Positions 11,301 through 20,703 of a stretch of 64,000 nt of DNA are shown here, in pieces. The notes under the pieces are model-generated. The model worked only from the letters and a program-made list of their open reading frames with translations. It ran no database searches and was not told the DNA's origin. A program made the position numbers and the translations under genes. Source of the DNA: a virus (taxonomy: Duplodnaviria > Caudoviricetes); IMG/VR virus record IMGVR_UViG_3300021399_000003, positions 1 to 64,000 of that record. One strand, given 5' to 3'. Position 1 is the stretch's first letter, and each line of letters opens with the position of its first letter.

Positions 11301-14300
11301 TGTTTCAGATTTATTAAATCAACAAAGTACTAATGCTAAAGAACTTCATGAGTATGCTAAAAAACAAATTCCAGCCGAAGCGGCTTTAGAAGCGGGAGAT
11401 ATACAAGGATATTTTCAGTCTTTACTAGATACTACAGAAAGCATAGATTTAAATAAAATTGCTACTGGAGATTTTTCAGAAATTAATGAATTAACTTATG
11501 AGCAAGCAAAAGCTGGTAAAGATAAAATTAATGAAGTATATAGTCAATTTATTTCAGATGTATTTTCTAAAGGATTAGAAAATATTAATTTACAAGATTA
11601 TAGTGGAATTTATGAACAAGCGGATGCTGAATTAAAAACTGCTATTGAAGCCGCGATCTCTACTGGCAATTATCAAGAGATTGTAAGACTAACTGCCGAT
11701 TTAGCTGGCAAAACTGTTCAAGAAACTAATGAACTAGTAATACAAGCAATTCAAGCTTCTGATTCCTATAAAAAGCAAATTGAAGCTTCAGATGTCATAA
11801 AAGACATTAATTTTTTAACTTCTAATATTGCTTATGCTTCTTTAGAAACTATTCAATCATTAGCAGATTCTTTAAATATATCTGAAGAAGATTTTAATAC
11901 TTTATTTGATATTGATTCATATGACGCAGCATTAGGTGGATTTAAACTTAATATGGACACTTTGGCTGCGAATGGACTTAATGAGATTGTTAATAAAACA
12001 AATATAGTAGCTGATAGTGTTAAGGCTTTTTTAGATTCGCTTGCTGAAGGTATAGGACAAGGATTAGAAGGAAAGTTAGATTTCGCTGGAAGAGATAATT
12101 TAATTTCTAATTTAAGTAAATTTGGTATTGAATTAAATGAAACTGATTTTACTCGTACTGCAGATGGATTGAAGTTAAGTCAACAAAGAGCTATTGAATT
12201 ATATAATACTTTAAAACAAATTGATAGTATTAGTGCAAAGACTACTTTTGATGCTTTGGCTAAATCATTAGAAAGTACGAATGAAAATTATACAAATATT
12301 TCTACTATAGCAAAACGTATTGCTGATTTACAGAATTTAATTAATAATCCAGATGTAAGCGATGCGCGACGTCAAGAGTATGAAGCGGAATTGGCTGTAG
12401 CTGAAGAAATATATCGTGTTCGTTCTTCTACTGATAATAAAGATTTTGATTTTATGAGCCGTAGTTTACCTAATGGCATGCAAAATCCAATTGATTATTG
12501 GGATGCTACTGGTAAAGCTTATAAGAGTATGAATCAGGCCGCAAAATCTGGCTATATGGAGATAGCTGATTTTTATAATATTGTTAATGAAATGAATAAT
12601 ATGGCGGCGGCCAGCGGCCAAGTATTATCTTTTATGGGACAAACTTTAAGTGGAAAAGCGGAAGATGCGGCTGCGTTAATTGAACAGGCTATGAGCACAC
12701 TAACTAACATTGATGGAGAGGGTGCTAAAATAGCTTTAGGAAAATTAGGTGTTGATTTTTCTACTGGCGCAGCTGACATGTCAGGTAATTTTGATAGTGG
12801 TGTTAAAGCCATGGCAAAATCTCAAATTAAAATGCTTGATGCTGCGATCAATATGCTTGAAGCTATTGTTGCTATGGAAGAACTTGATGTAGCTGGCGAT
12901 GGACTAGATATAGGAGATATTTTTAGTGGAACATTTGATAGTAATGGATTACCGGAATTTACAGAAAAAGCTGAACAGTGGTTTGATGATGTTGAAAATC
13001 TTTATGGCGGTATTAGAATAGGAGAACAATCTTTAAAAGAAGCTATACAAGAATTAGGAAAAGAAGATCCTCAAAAAGCAGTTGATATGTTAAAAAATAT
13101 TATGAGTATTGATTGGACTTTGGGGGATATGGATGTTATTGGACAAATTCAAAATGTAGTTTCTGCCTTTTTCCCTGGAAAAATTGTGACACAAGGACAA
13201 AGTGTATTTGATATTTTAAGAGTGCCTAAGGATTTAGATCCAGAAAAAGATGCTGAGAAGATTAGTAAGTGGGCAAAAAATATGAAAATTTCTACAGAAG
13301 ATGCCATGACACTTATTAGTCAGATTAAAAAAGGATCTTTAGAAGCACAAAAAGGTACGTCATTATATGAAAGTGTTGAAAAATTATTAGGATTAACTGG
13401 AAAGGGAAATAAAGAAAAGCGAAATTTGTTTGAAGGATTTGCTGGAGGTACTATTACTGACACCACAATAGAACAATGGGAAAACATTGGTTTTAAATAT
13501 GATGAAAAGGGAAAAATTGAAAGTGGTATATATCACGGTACTGATGGTGGCTCTATTACTTTAAGTAAAGATTCTCCTGAAAGTTGGGGAAAACAAATAG
13601 AACAGTATGAAACTGCTTTAGCTAAGGCCAGAGAATTAGGAGGTTCAGTTGTTAAAGCGGTTGAAGGTAGTAATAATTCTGAATTTACATTTAATACTTC
13701 TTTAGGAGCTAAAACTATTGTAACAGTAGTTGACAATAAGGGAGAAGTTACATATCAGTTTCCTAATGGATTTTCTTGTACTGCTAGTACTCCGGCTGAA
13801 GCGGCGGGAAAATATGTTCAATATTTACGTGACAATACTGAAGGATATTTAGGAGTTAAATATCAATCAATGTCTGATGAAGAAATATTAATTGAACAGG
13901 GATATCTACTTAAGCAAAGTACAGAAGTAACATTTGATACATCTGATCCAAAGAATAATCCTGCAGAAAAAATAAAAGAAGCTAGTGATAAGGAATTACA
14001 AGAAGCTTTAGATGGAGCGAAAAGTACTTATAATAAAAAAACACAACAATATGATTGGGATATTACGTTAGGTGGCGAAAATATTCAGTTTTCAACAAAT
14101 GGTAAAGAAATTGATGCTGATACTTTAAGACAAAAAGCATTAGAAAGCTTAGGCATTGATAATAAATTAGTTGAGAGTATTGCGACTGGTATTAAAGATG
14201 CTTTTGCACAAGCTAATTTAGGAGAAGCTATAGGGACTGCGTTCTCTGAAGCTTTTACTGGTGAAGGTATAAATACGCCATTAGATTTAGTTATGAAATT

Positions 14301-17300
14301 AAATGACAATGGTACATATACCATAGAAGGTGGTCGTGCAACTGGTACAGGAACAGATGTTAATAGTGCTCTTACTAATTGGTGGTCAAATTATAAGTCT
14401 GTTCAAGGAATTGGAGAAGAAACTTCAGTTCCATTACCAGCTATTACTCTAAAAGCTCAAACAGAAGGCGGTACAGCATTATGCACTATTAATATGAGCA
14501 ACGATGGTATGCAATGTGTACTTGCTGGAAATGGTAGTGGAACAGGAAGTGGAGAAGCTGCTGATTTAACTTCACAAATACAAGATTGGGTTAATACTGA
14601 GTTTGGAAAAGTAAGTTATGAAACAACTTATACTACTGAAGAAGCTTTAAAAAATATTACTGCTACTGCTAATGGAACTGCCAATTTCTCTGTTGTTATT
14701 ACTCAGCCAGATGGTCAAGGTAAAAGTCACGTTATAGTGGATGGCAAAGATATAGGGGCAGGTAAAGCACCGGGCGATATACTTCAAACTTATTTTAATA
14801 CACAATTACTCTTAATGAAGGGAAAAATTGAAAATGAATATAAAGAAGAAGCACCTGCAATAACGGCCACAATAACTATAGGAGATCAAACTTATAGTAT
14901 AGTTGTAAATGGAGACAATACTTGGACAATTACAGGAATGGGAGAAGATGCGCCAGGAATAGAAAACCCTTCTGATTGGATAAATAGCGAAGTTCAAAAG
15001 AAAGTAGATAATGATACTAGTGGTATTTTATTTGAACTTCCTACTGAAAAAGGTCGAGCTATTACTCGTACTTTTTCTATTGGAGGTTTAAATTTTGCTG
15101 TTACTATTACTAGTTTAGGTAATGGTAATTGGTTAGTAGACTTTCCCGATCGAAAGGGTGTACCTTCCACGAATCCTGCCGGTACTATAGAGGATTATGT
15201 AAACGAAAAATTAAATCCTCAAGTAGCTGCGATAAATGCTTTAGGTAGTGATGAGCCACAAGCATCAGTAGATACAATAACTGAATTTGTTGAAATTAAT
15301 GGTATGGTTTTTGCTATTACAATTAAAGATAATGGTGATGGTACTTATATAGTCAATATTCCTGGTTTAGGAGAATATGCTACTTCAAAGCCTACAGAAA
15401 CAATACAGTTATGGAAAGAAAATAAATTAAAACAAATAGAAATGCAAACAATAATGGCCTTAAAAAACAAAGGCGAATTTGTTCCTGGCACTACAATTCC
15501 TATAACTGTTGACGGAATAACTTATAATTTAACAATTGGTGAAGATTCTTATACTGTTAATGGTCAAGAATATGGTAGTTTAGCAGAAGCTCTTCGTGCT
15601 ATTGCTACTGGTACCGCTCCTACAGGTGCAGAAGGGGATATAGAACTCCCAGAACAGCATGTTGTTCAAGATGTTGAAGAAGAATATAATATTGATGATG
15701 GCGGAGGACCAGAGTTTCCAGAAATAGAAGACCCGCCAGAAAAAAAAGTAACTCAACAAATAACTGTAGATACAGAACGTGTTAAAGATACTGAAGATTG
15801 GTTTTCAGGAGATAGATCTTGGGGGCTATCTCGGCAAGAGCAGCGCAAAATGAACAGGCTTAATAACCCTCTAGGATTAGATACAACATTTAGACCTGGA
15901 AGATCTCTTCAACGCCAAGGAGATCCTAATAAACAAATTGAAATACCTGCTGAATTAGAAAAAGCTTATACTAATTTGGCTTCTGCTTATGGAGACTATG
16001 TAGGTGGATTAACTGTAGGTGGATTAACTACTGATGGAAAGCCTACATTTGATAATTTTGATACTTCTGCTGCTACTGAATTTAATGCACAGTTAGATCA
16101 AGCCGTGAATAGTGGTTTAAAATTAGAAGAAATTTTCCAAAGTTTGGGTATGCCTGAGCAATTAATAGAATTATTAGACAAAATAAAAAATGAGCCAACT
16201 AATTTAGAGGTTAATGAAACTACACAACTCGATTCAGAAGGACAGGTTTTAATAGATGGTACCGCTACTGGGGAAATGACTGTTAAGATTAATACAGAAA
16301 CTCCGGAGAATGGAGGAACAGGACTTGATTTAGACAGTAATTTAGGATTTATATATGAAAATAATAATGATTTAGTAAATGTTCAAGATAATATTAATAA
16401 ATATTTAGAGAAATCAGCTAATCCTGAATTAGCGGCAACAAATTTAAATAATGCACTACAAAACGCATTAATGGAGGGAGGCCCAGAAGCTGCTAAGGGA
16501 CTAATTGATGGCTTAGGATTGGGATTACAAGAAAATGGTGAAGCAACTAATGCGGCAACTACTTTTGGAGAAGATGTGATAGATTCCATTGATAGTGCTC
16601 TTGGAGTGGCATCTCCTTCAACTAAAACAATGGAAGCCGGTCAATACTTAGTTCAAGGACTCGCACAAGGTATTCAACAAGATTCTGCCGCAATCTCTGC
16701 TGCGCAAACATTAGCACAACGAGTTATAACCACTATTCAAAATGCTTTTGCTAATAGTCCTTTAGGAAAAATTTTTCAATTGTTAGGATTAAGTGGCACC
16801 CCGGGAGAATCTTTAACGTTACCAGGCTATACGCCAATACCAAATCCTGGACAGCAAAAAGACGAAGGCCCTAGCACTATTCAAGTAAATGGTGCTACAA
16901 TAGAAGCCGAAGGTTCTGATATAAACGCTGAAGGATCGAAACTGGATACTGGAAAACAAAAACCTCCTGAGAAGAAATCAGATTCAGGTAATGCAGGAAC
17001 TTCTACAGAGAAAAATTCTGAAGGAACAGTACAGACTGTACAAGTACAGCAAGTTGCTGCACAGCCTACAGCCGCGCCTAAGCCTGCTGCGCCAGAAACT
17101 CCTACTATTGATACTTCTGCTATTGCTAATGCTATTTCTGCTGTTCAATCAGCTATAGATGGATTGGATGCTTCTAATGCACAAACTGCCGCAACTAAAT
17201 TTAATACTGCTATGAAGAATACTATGAATAGTGTTCCTAGTAGTAAAACAGTTAATATTAAAATTAATACTCCTGAAAAAATTAATGTTACTGCTAGTGT

Positions 17301-20300
17301 TAATGTAAATGTTAGTGTTAGTGGTGGAACGCAAAGCGGTCCTCCTGGCGTAACAGGTAAAGGAGCTCCTAATACGCCAGCAAAAATTTTATCAGTTTCT
17401 GCTAGCTCCAAAACAAAAGGCAACGTCGCTCTAGCTAAAGGCCGTGAAACCCTTATGGGTGAATTAGGTCGCGAATTAGTAGTTTCTGGTGGTAAATACT
17501 ATACTGTAGGTGATAATGGCGCAGAATTTGTTGATTTACCAGATGATGCCATTGTATTTAATCATAAACAAACTAAACGCTTATTAGGCACAAAACGTGC
17601 TACTGGTGGAAGTCGAGGAAAGCCTGTAAAATCGGAAGCCGCTGCGCTTTCTTTTGCTGCTGGTAACGTTTCTGGACCTGCATTTGCTAGTGCTAGTGCT
17701 GCTTTAGCTCAATTAAAAGCTATTCGTGCCATGTGGCAAAGAATGCTTGACGCATCAGCCAAAGAACTAGGTTCACAAGCCGGCCGCGGAGGCGGCGGTG
17801 GCGGAGGCGGTGGTGGTGGCGGTGGAGACGAAGAAGGACCACCAACAACAACAACCGCCGATATTCAACGTTGGTATAACTGGTTACGTCAGATTGATCA
17901 TATTGAAATGCATATTGCTGAACAGGAAAAATTGCAGACTAAATATGAAAATGATAGAATTGCTAATGGCGAAAAAATATATGAGTCTCAAAAGCGTCAA
18001 TATGAATTATTAGGTGAAGAACTAAAGCGTAATGAAAAATTAGTTGAATTGCAAAAGAGTTGGTATGATAATAAGCGAGCAGAGTTAGCCGCATCTTCTT
18101 ATGGTAAGATTTTTACTTATAATGAAGATGGACTGCAGCAGTACGTTGGTGATGATAGACCGGGTTCTGGCGTTGGTCTTGATATTCTTGAAAATCTTAC
18201 TCGTCGTGATGTAAATGGTAAAGCTATTGGTAATGCCGCAACAGCAGAAAAACAATTAAAATATTTGCAATCTGTTGGCTTTAATTTAAATGATTTATTA
18301 TATAATGACGATGGCACAATGATTGCTAAGTCTTTTAATGTTAATGCAAAGAAAAATAAAAAGTTTACTAGTAAAACTGATAAAAAGGCTACAGACAATG
18401 ATTTAATGACTCAAATGATGGAGAATTTCTGGAATAATGTTGATTCTTGGCGTGATGAGCTTGATAGTTTGTATGATAGTTATCATGAACAATATGAAAA
18501 AATGATTGAAAATCAAAATAAACAAAATGAAATTCTTCAATCACTCATAGATAATGAATTAGATGTAGAGCAAGCATTAGTAGAAGCTATTGAATCTCGT
18601 GAACAAGCGGTTATAGATAAGTTACAGGAACAGAAAGATGCCCTCCAAAATTCTAATGAGAAATTTATAAAAGGCTTAACCGATAGTTTAAATAAAGAAA
18701 AAGAAACTCGTGATAAACAAAATAAAGATACTGAACTTACTAAGTTACAACGTCAATTAGCTATTTTACAACGTTCTGGTGGTTCTGCTTCTCAAATTAA
18801 ATCTTTGCAAGATCAAATTTCTACTAAGCAACAAGATGCATATTATGATGCTAGACAGCAAGAAATTGATGCTATTCAAGAAGCTTCTGATAAACAATTA
18901 GAAAAACTTGATACTCAAATTCAAATCCTTTCTGATACATTAGATTATCAAAAAGCAAATGGATTATTGTGGAATGAAGTCCGAGATATAATGGCTACAA
19001 ATACTCCAGAACAGGCTGCACAAAAAATATTACAATGGAATACTGAATATTTAGCTAAATCTGCATTAGATATAGAACAATCTTTAAAAGATATTCAAGA
19101 AAAATTTGGTATTTGGGCAAGTGAACGTGATGATGAAAATAATCCTTTAAAGAATGTAGAAGATTATACTCGTTCTCAAGCCATTCAAGAAATTGAAGGA
19201 CATGTGCAAGGTTTTTCTGGATTATCTGAGACTTCTCGTGGAAAACTAAGAAGCGGTGCCGAAAAAGCGGCAAAAAAAGCATATAAAGAAAAAATTGATG
19301 CTGGAGGTTCTGAATCAGAAGCTGAACAGGCTTATAGAGAAGCTTATCAAGGATATATAAATACGAATGTACAGCAATATAAAAATGTTGATACTCATGG
19401 GGCGGCTGCAGAACAAATTTGGGATAATATAGTAGCAAATGCTAAAAATGATCCAAAATCATTTGTAAATAAAGCTTATTATGGTGATTATGAAGATGAG
19501 TTAAAAGATAACTTTATTAAACAGCTTACTAATAATAAGAATATTACTTTTAATGAAGATGGCACTATTAGTGGAGACATTGCGACCGCTGCAGAAAATG
19601 CATTAAATACAGCTGGTAATGAATTAGAAAAAGAATATAATTTACAAGATAGCAAAACTGAATTATATAATCTTCCTCTGCCAAATGGTGCAACTGCTTA
19701 TACCTTTGGTGGGACTGGAAAAATTGGTAAAACCAAGTTTACTAAATTAAAAGAGAATAGTTATATTGAGGGTGGAAAAATAGTAGGATTTACTGGCGAG
19801 ACCACAGAGAAAACTATTAGTACAACCAATACTAGTAAAGGAAAAGCTAAAAAGCTATCATTCTTAGAAGCTAAATTGGAAGATGGAACGAAAGTTTATT
19901 TTAAATCTTCTTCTTTACCTGGAATATTAGATTCAATAAACGAGTCAAAAGAAGCAAGGGCAATTAATAAAAATATACAGAGCACAGAATCTAACATTAA
20001 GAAATTGGAATCACGTTCTTTTAAAATGCAAAAAATGACTCCATATTCATTTGATGATGGTAAAACTTCTTATACAATTAAAGAGGGGACTGAAGTTGGT
20101 ATTACTCATATTAATTTTTCTAAGAAAAAGAATGCAATTAATGGAGTAGATTCTGTTACTATTAGTTCAATTGATGGTAAAACTTTAAGTAAAGAAGTTA
20201 CTTTATCTGGTAATAAATTAAGTAAGACTAATAACGTTGCTTTATTAAAAGCGTTTGCTACGCCCAAAAAGACAGGAAAGGGTAAAAAGAAAAAAACGAT

Positions 20301-20697
20301 TTGGAATCCTATACCGGAGTTAAAAGCTTATTATAAAACTGGTGGCATGGCTGATTTCACTGGTCCTGCATGGTTAGATGGTACTTCAACGAAACCAGAA
20401 GCCGTTCTTAATGCCGCACAAACTGATTTCTTACGCAATGACTTATTGGGTAATTCTCGCACTTCATTAGTTTCAATTGTTTCTGCACTACAAACTGCAA
20501 TAGAAAACACAGCCTCTGGTAGTATTGGTAATACTAATACTACTGATGACAGCGTTATAATTGAGAATGTAGCTGTTACATTTGAAGCCGGTACAATTGC
20601 AAGTGATTATGACGCACGTCGCGCGGGCGCCTTATTCAAGGAAGAGCTTGTAAAAATCGCGCGAAAAGCTGGAAACAATAGCGTTTCAAGGAGGTAA
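5308..20697 (+). CDS. tape measure protein (5129 aa)
   Basis: TP901-type TMP core near aa 410-740 (IGSAMKSIASR, YIATQFAGNRQQSRFLALV); later TMP motifs LGVASPS, LMGELGRELVV and GGMADFTGPAWLDGT...PEAVLNAAQT; long coiled coils. Confidence 0.9.
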   Translation: MAEITVDVGVRLNVIQGTIDDLKKQLANIEIGSPKHNQLSKTIQQLEREWEKLQILTSKGFTSEQQFNQAGKSIEKMEGSIAKVQMIMNNIKFSDLKLNPAQQKEFEQVEQRIVEADTAFTQFQEKIKQGLLDKAGSKGLELLGTENLKKPFEELDRVIDNTVTNSNKKLTTLQENIAKIEGQITKSRDVHTKQAAGLTPQTYKDLGLEQYLTTYKDGLRYKPGVKNNNSDLLNTLADNLGLSQSKRLEWLDQLKNASVKDIQEAVKSISETDFLKGLQSKTADSLTSQKTGLETEYNQLIEKVQQLQQLQTQFKDTQGDNGQLSGAMEKYNAVLTECEQILTRMRGQAVSGFQKDMHKSTNALTNDLDNFNKQLGEASAQFLKLQNQKQTFNSMRMAVTNFMGFNQVLNLTKRAVRDAMNHIKQLDTTMNGISIVTDMTTSDLWKQVDVYSAMAQKYGTTIQGAYDVSKIYYQQGLETKDVMTLTEETLKLSKVSGLDYATTTDYMTTALRGFKMEMSDASTIVDVYSNLAANTAVSQEELAVAMSKTASSMESVGSTFEESSAMIATMVAVTRESATNIGSAMKSIASRYGELTKDPQKLLDSEGEAMSFNKVDAALKSVGISMQTTDHQFREFTDVIVELSEKWDTLDSTQQRYIATQFAGNRQQSRFLALVSNGDLLKENMETAANSEDVGTLQSLKAMDSIESKMNQVQVAAQQFYTTLGAEGVWKSALDGIRNYVDGLNNLPKLFDKIPIGAIAMVGSMLTLVKSALYKGIEGVAKIWQSVISPPDQVSTQQASGTQAGESWGQGYINALKSIAPAIKAAKDHIANSFKDEKSKEQNIQANQEQKPSEPSSTTTLTENNAAIESSSAQETLAMEQQVSQERIRNAAATREEVVANERQMQSELQQVIAEAKQNKLEQENASRTALNQAAQEQITDLQSLIDSGTASPITITGAEQGIADLRAEIESRPILATIELNAEEEAGAALQYLQSKFDQVKADISVNADTSEATAKIMAIDTLLGNLDDIVAHPEVADDAILDLGIKISDILRQIREVNENPITPVVESSDESQGGSEEQEESGDSSTSIPEIADEVIGKIQEETQAHIEGAAAAEQYANEEDQSAQSSVNAGEGAQVSAAGTQAETQEHVEAAGAAREHAAADEQVAQSATAAGEAAAQARQNASNLGSISMALNMIAGLLDKSSAGGRIFAGVLMTIAGVMKLVQAYNLAIANSSPWMAVGTAIVGIISGISTMIEDAEEKTERLTKAAEEANNKAKEKNADYKLLDRSISKLQELEKARYDSAEAAEEYQTAVDELASKYPQLITGLDAAGNATIEAANLDYELEKARRAAAEATLEAAKAEREKAENELENAKTDVNDKKNEILGEDGRVSSRYYSANLTDISTGKISFDKNVLGIQKGWFGRESSNLEALGLKSDQEYSTQEILDMLYRHNDTLKGFMSLSNNGLYEILDEGGFSREIQELTGADQSSVENFLNMIKSNPLSKENKFNVDDIQKISSEIAELNPASENFNQTVKELSTKISNAGMQSIFSDFMDYASELAIGLEKVENFKGVLKATEKTVLSAAVNNMGKEQQEFVESLGDASGLLTAYIYQLAEGKDNIEDYIKTQLEGDYQAFQEAYKTISASNVKTEQFQDMWKNRQNYTAEDFYSEFGINSEGDPLGILAYYEQNMMDVKTLKKRLEEKLDVNPFDSSIPMEQFSAQFDLSKLIKNQNIQLSPALASFVTDAINQAQEYFEEGFVDKGTEVLNATGQVISAINQEGVDTSAINALIKQYGISNISSISNIIENLPDGTPPEVQTAFQQLQNALLYNLPLAIQAYTEDLVSNVEDYESKIKKTSSGMTVNEAMQALELINSNIEGDTKPSHLTEFKSKNGKLIMDADLRQKYTDAVLHGLENDYQEIENKINEFIGTNGQETEQSKLLKELKYTTEPLSIDDADITNLLSDLHIIDKNADGEWHYVEDMVDSTTDIFALVSDLLNQQSTNAKELHEYAKKQIPAEAALEAGDIQGYFQSLLDTTESIDLNKIATGDFSEINELTYEQAKAGKDKINEVYSQFISDVFSKGLENINLQDYSGIYEQADAELKTAIEAAISTGNYQEIVRLTADLAGKTVQETNELVIQAIQASDSYKKQIEASDVIKDINFLTSNIAYASLETIQSLADSLNISEEDFNTLFDIDSYDAALGGFKLNMDTLAANGLNEIVNKTNIVADSVKAFLDSLAEGIGQGLEGKLDFAGRDNLISNLSKFGIELNETDFTRTADGLKLSQQRAIELYNTLKQIDSISAKTTFDALAKSLESTNENYTNISTIAKRIADLQNLINNPDVSDARRQEYEAELAVAEEIYRVRSSTDNKDFDFMSRSLPNGMQNPIDYWDATGKAYKSMNQAAKSGYMEIADFYNIVNEMNNMAAASGQVLSFMGQTLSGKAEDAAALIEQAMSTLTNIDGEGAKIALGKLGVDFSTGAADMSGNFDSGVKAMAKSQIKMLDAAINMLEAIVAMEELDVAGDGLDIGDIFSGTFDSNGLPEFTEKAEQWFDDVENLYGGIRIGEQSLKEAIQELGKEDPQKAVDMLKNIMSIDWTLGDMDVIGQIQNVVSAFFPGKIVTQGQSVFDILRVPKDLDPEKDAEKISKWAKNMKISTEDAMTLISQIKKGSLEAQKGTSLYESVEKLLGLTGKGNKEKRNLFEGFAGGTITDTTIEQWENIGFKYDEKGKIESGIYHGTDGGSITLSKDSPESWGKQIEQYETALAKARELGGSVVKAVEGSNNSEFTFNTSLGAKTIVTVVDNKGEVTYQFPNGFSCTASTPAEAAGKYVQYLRDNTEGYLGVKYQSMSDEEILIEQGYLLKQSTEVTFDTSDPKNNPAEKIKEASDKELQEALDGAKSTYNKKTQQYDWDITLGGENIQFSTNGKEIDADTLRQKALESLGIDNKLVESIATGIKDAFAQANLGEAIGTAFSEAFTGEGINTPLDLVMKLNDNGTYTIEGGRATGTGTDVNSALTNWWSNYKSVQGIGEETSVPLPAITLKAQTEGGTALCTINMSNDGMQCVLAGNGSGTGSGEAADLTSQIQDWVNTEFGKVSYETTYTTEEALKNITATANGTANFSVVITQPDGQGKSHVIVDGKDIGAGKAPGDILQTYFNTQLLLMKGKIENEYKEEAPAITATITIGDQTYSIVVNGDNTWTITGMGEDAPGIENPSDWINSEVQKKVDNDTSGILFELPTEKGRAITRTFSIGGLNFAVTITSLGNGNWLVDFPDRKGVPSTNPAGTIEDYVNEKLNPQVAAINALGSDEPQASVDTITEFVEINGMVFAITIKDNGDGTYIVNIPGLGEYATSKPTETIQLWKENKLKQIEMQTIMALKNKGEFVPGTTIPITVDGITYNLTIGEDSYTVNGQEYGSLAEALRAIATGTAPTGAEGDIELPEQHVVQDVEEEYNIDDGGGPEFPEIEDPPEKKVTQQITVDTERVKDTEDWFSGDRSWGLSRQEQRKMNRLNNPLGLDTTFRPGRSLQRQGDPNKQIEIPAELEKAYTNLASAYGDYVGGLTVGGLTTDGKPTFDNFDTSAATEFNAQLDQAVNSGLKLEEIFQSLGMPEQLIELLDKIKNEPTNLEVNETTQLDSEGQVLIDGTATGEMTVKINTETPENGGTGLDLDSNLGFIYENNNDLVNVQDNINKYLEKSANPELAATNLNNALQNALMEGGPEAAKGLIDGLGLGLQENGEATNAATTFGEDVIDSIDSALGVASPSTKTMEAGQYLVQGLAQGIQQDSAAISAAQTLAQRVITTIQNAFANSPLGKIFQLLGLSGTPGESLTLPGYTPIPNPGQQKDEGPSTIQVNGATIEAEGSDINAEGSKLDTGKQKPPEKKSDSGNAGTSTEKNSEGTVQTVQVQQVAAQPTAAPKPAAPETPTIDTSAIANAISAVQSAIDGLDASNAQTAATKFNTAMKNTMNSVPSSKTVNIKINTPEKINVTASVNVNVSVSGGTQSGPPGVTGKGAPNTPAKILSVSASSKTKGNVALAKGRETLMGELGRELVVSGGKYYTVGDNGAEFVDLPDDAIVFNHKQTKRLLGTKRATGGSRGKPVKSEAAALSFAAGNVSGPAFASASAALAQLKAIRAMWQRMLDASAKELGSQAGRGGGGGGGGGGGGGDEEGPPTTTTADIQRWYNWLRQIDHIEMHIAEQEKLQTKYENDRIANGEKIYESQKRQYELLGEELKRNEKLVELQKSWYDNKRAELAASSYGKIFTYNEDGLQQYVGDDRPGSGVGLDILENLTRRDVNGKAIGNAATAEKQLKYLQSVGFNLNDLLYNDDGTMIAKSFNVNAKKNKKFTSKTDKKATDNDLMTQMMENFWNNVDSWRDELDSLYDSYHEQYEKMIENQNKQNEILQSLIDNELDVEQALVEAIESREQAVIDKLQEQKDALQNSNEKFIKGLTDSLNKEKETRDKQNKDTELTKLQRQLAILQRSGGSASQIKSLQDQISTKQQDAYYDARQQEIDAIQEASDKQLEKLDTQIQILSDTLDYQKANGLLWNEVRDIMATNTPEQAAQKILQWNTEYLAKSALDIEQSLKDIQEKFGIWASERDDENNPLKNVEDYTRSQAIQEIEGHVQGFSGLSETSRGKLRSGAEKAAKKAYKEKIDAGGSESEAEQAYREAYQGYINTNVQQYKNVDTHGAAAEQIWDNIVANAKNDPKSFVNKAYYGDYEDELKDNFIKQLTNNKNITFNEDGTISGDIATAAENALNTAGNELEKEYNLQDSKTELYNLPLPNGATAYTFGGTGKIGKTKFTKLKENSYIEGGKIVGFTGETTEKTISTTNTSKGKAKKLSFLEAKLEDGTKVYFKSSSLPGILDSINESKEARAINKNIQSTESNIKKLESRSFKMQKMTPYSFDDGKTSYTIKEGTEVGITHINFSKKKNAINGVDSVTISSIDGKTLSKEVTLSGNKLSKTNNVALLKAFATPKKTGKGKKKKTIWNPIPELKAYYKTGGMADFTGPAWLDGTSTKPEAVLNAAQTDFLRNDLLGNSRTSLVSIVSALQTAIENTASGSIGNTNTTDDSVIIENVAVTFEAGTIASDYDARRAGALFKEELVKIARKAGNNSVSRR

Positions 20698-20703
20698 AGG
20701 AGT

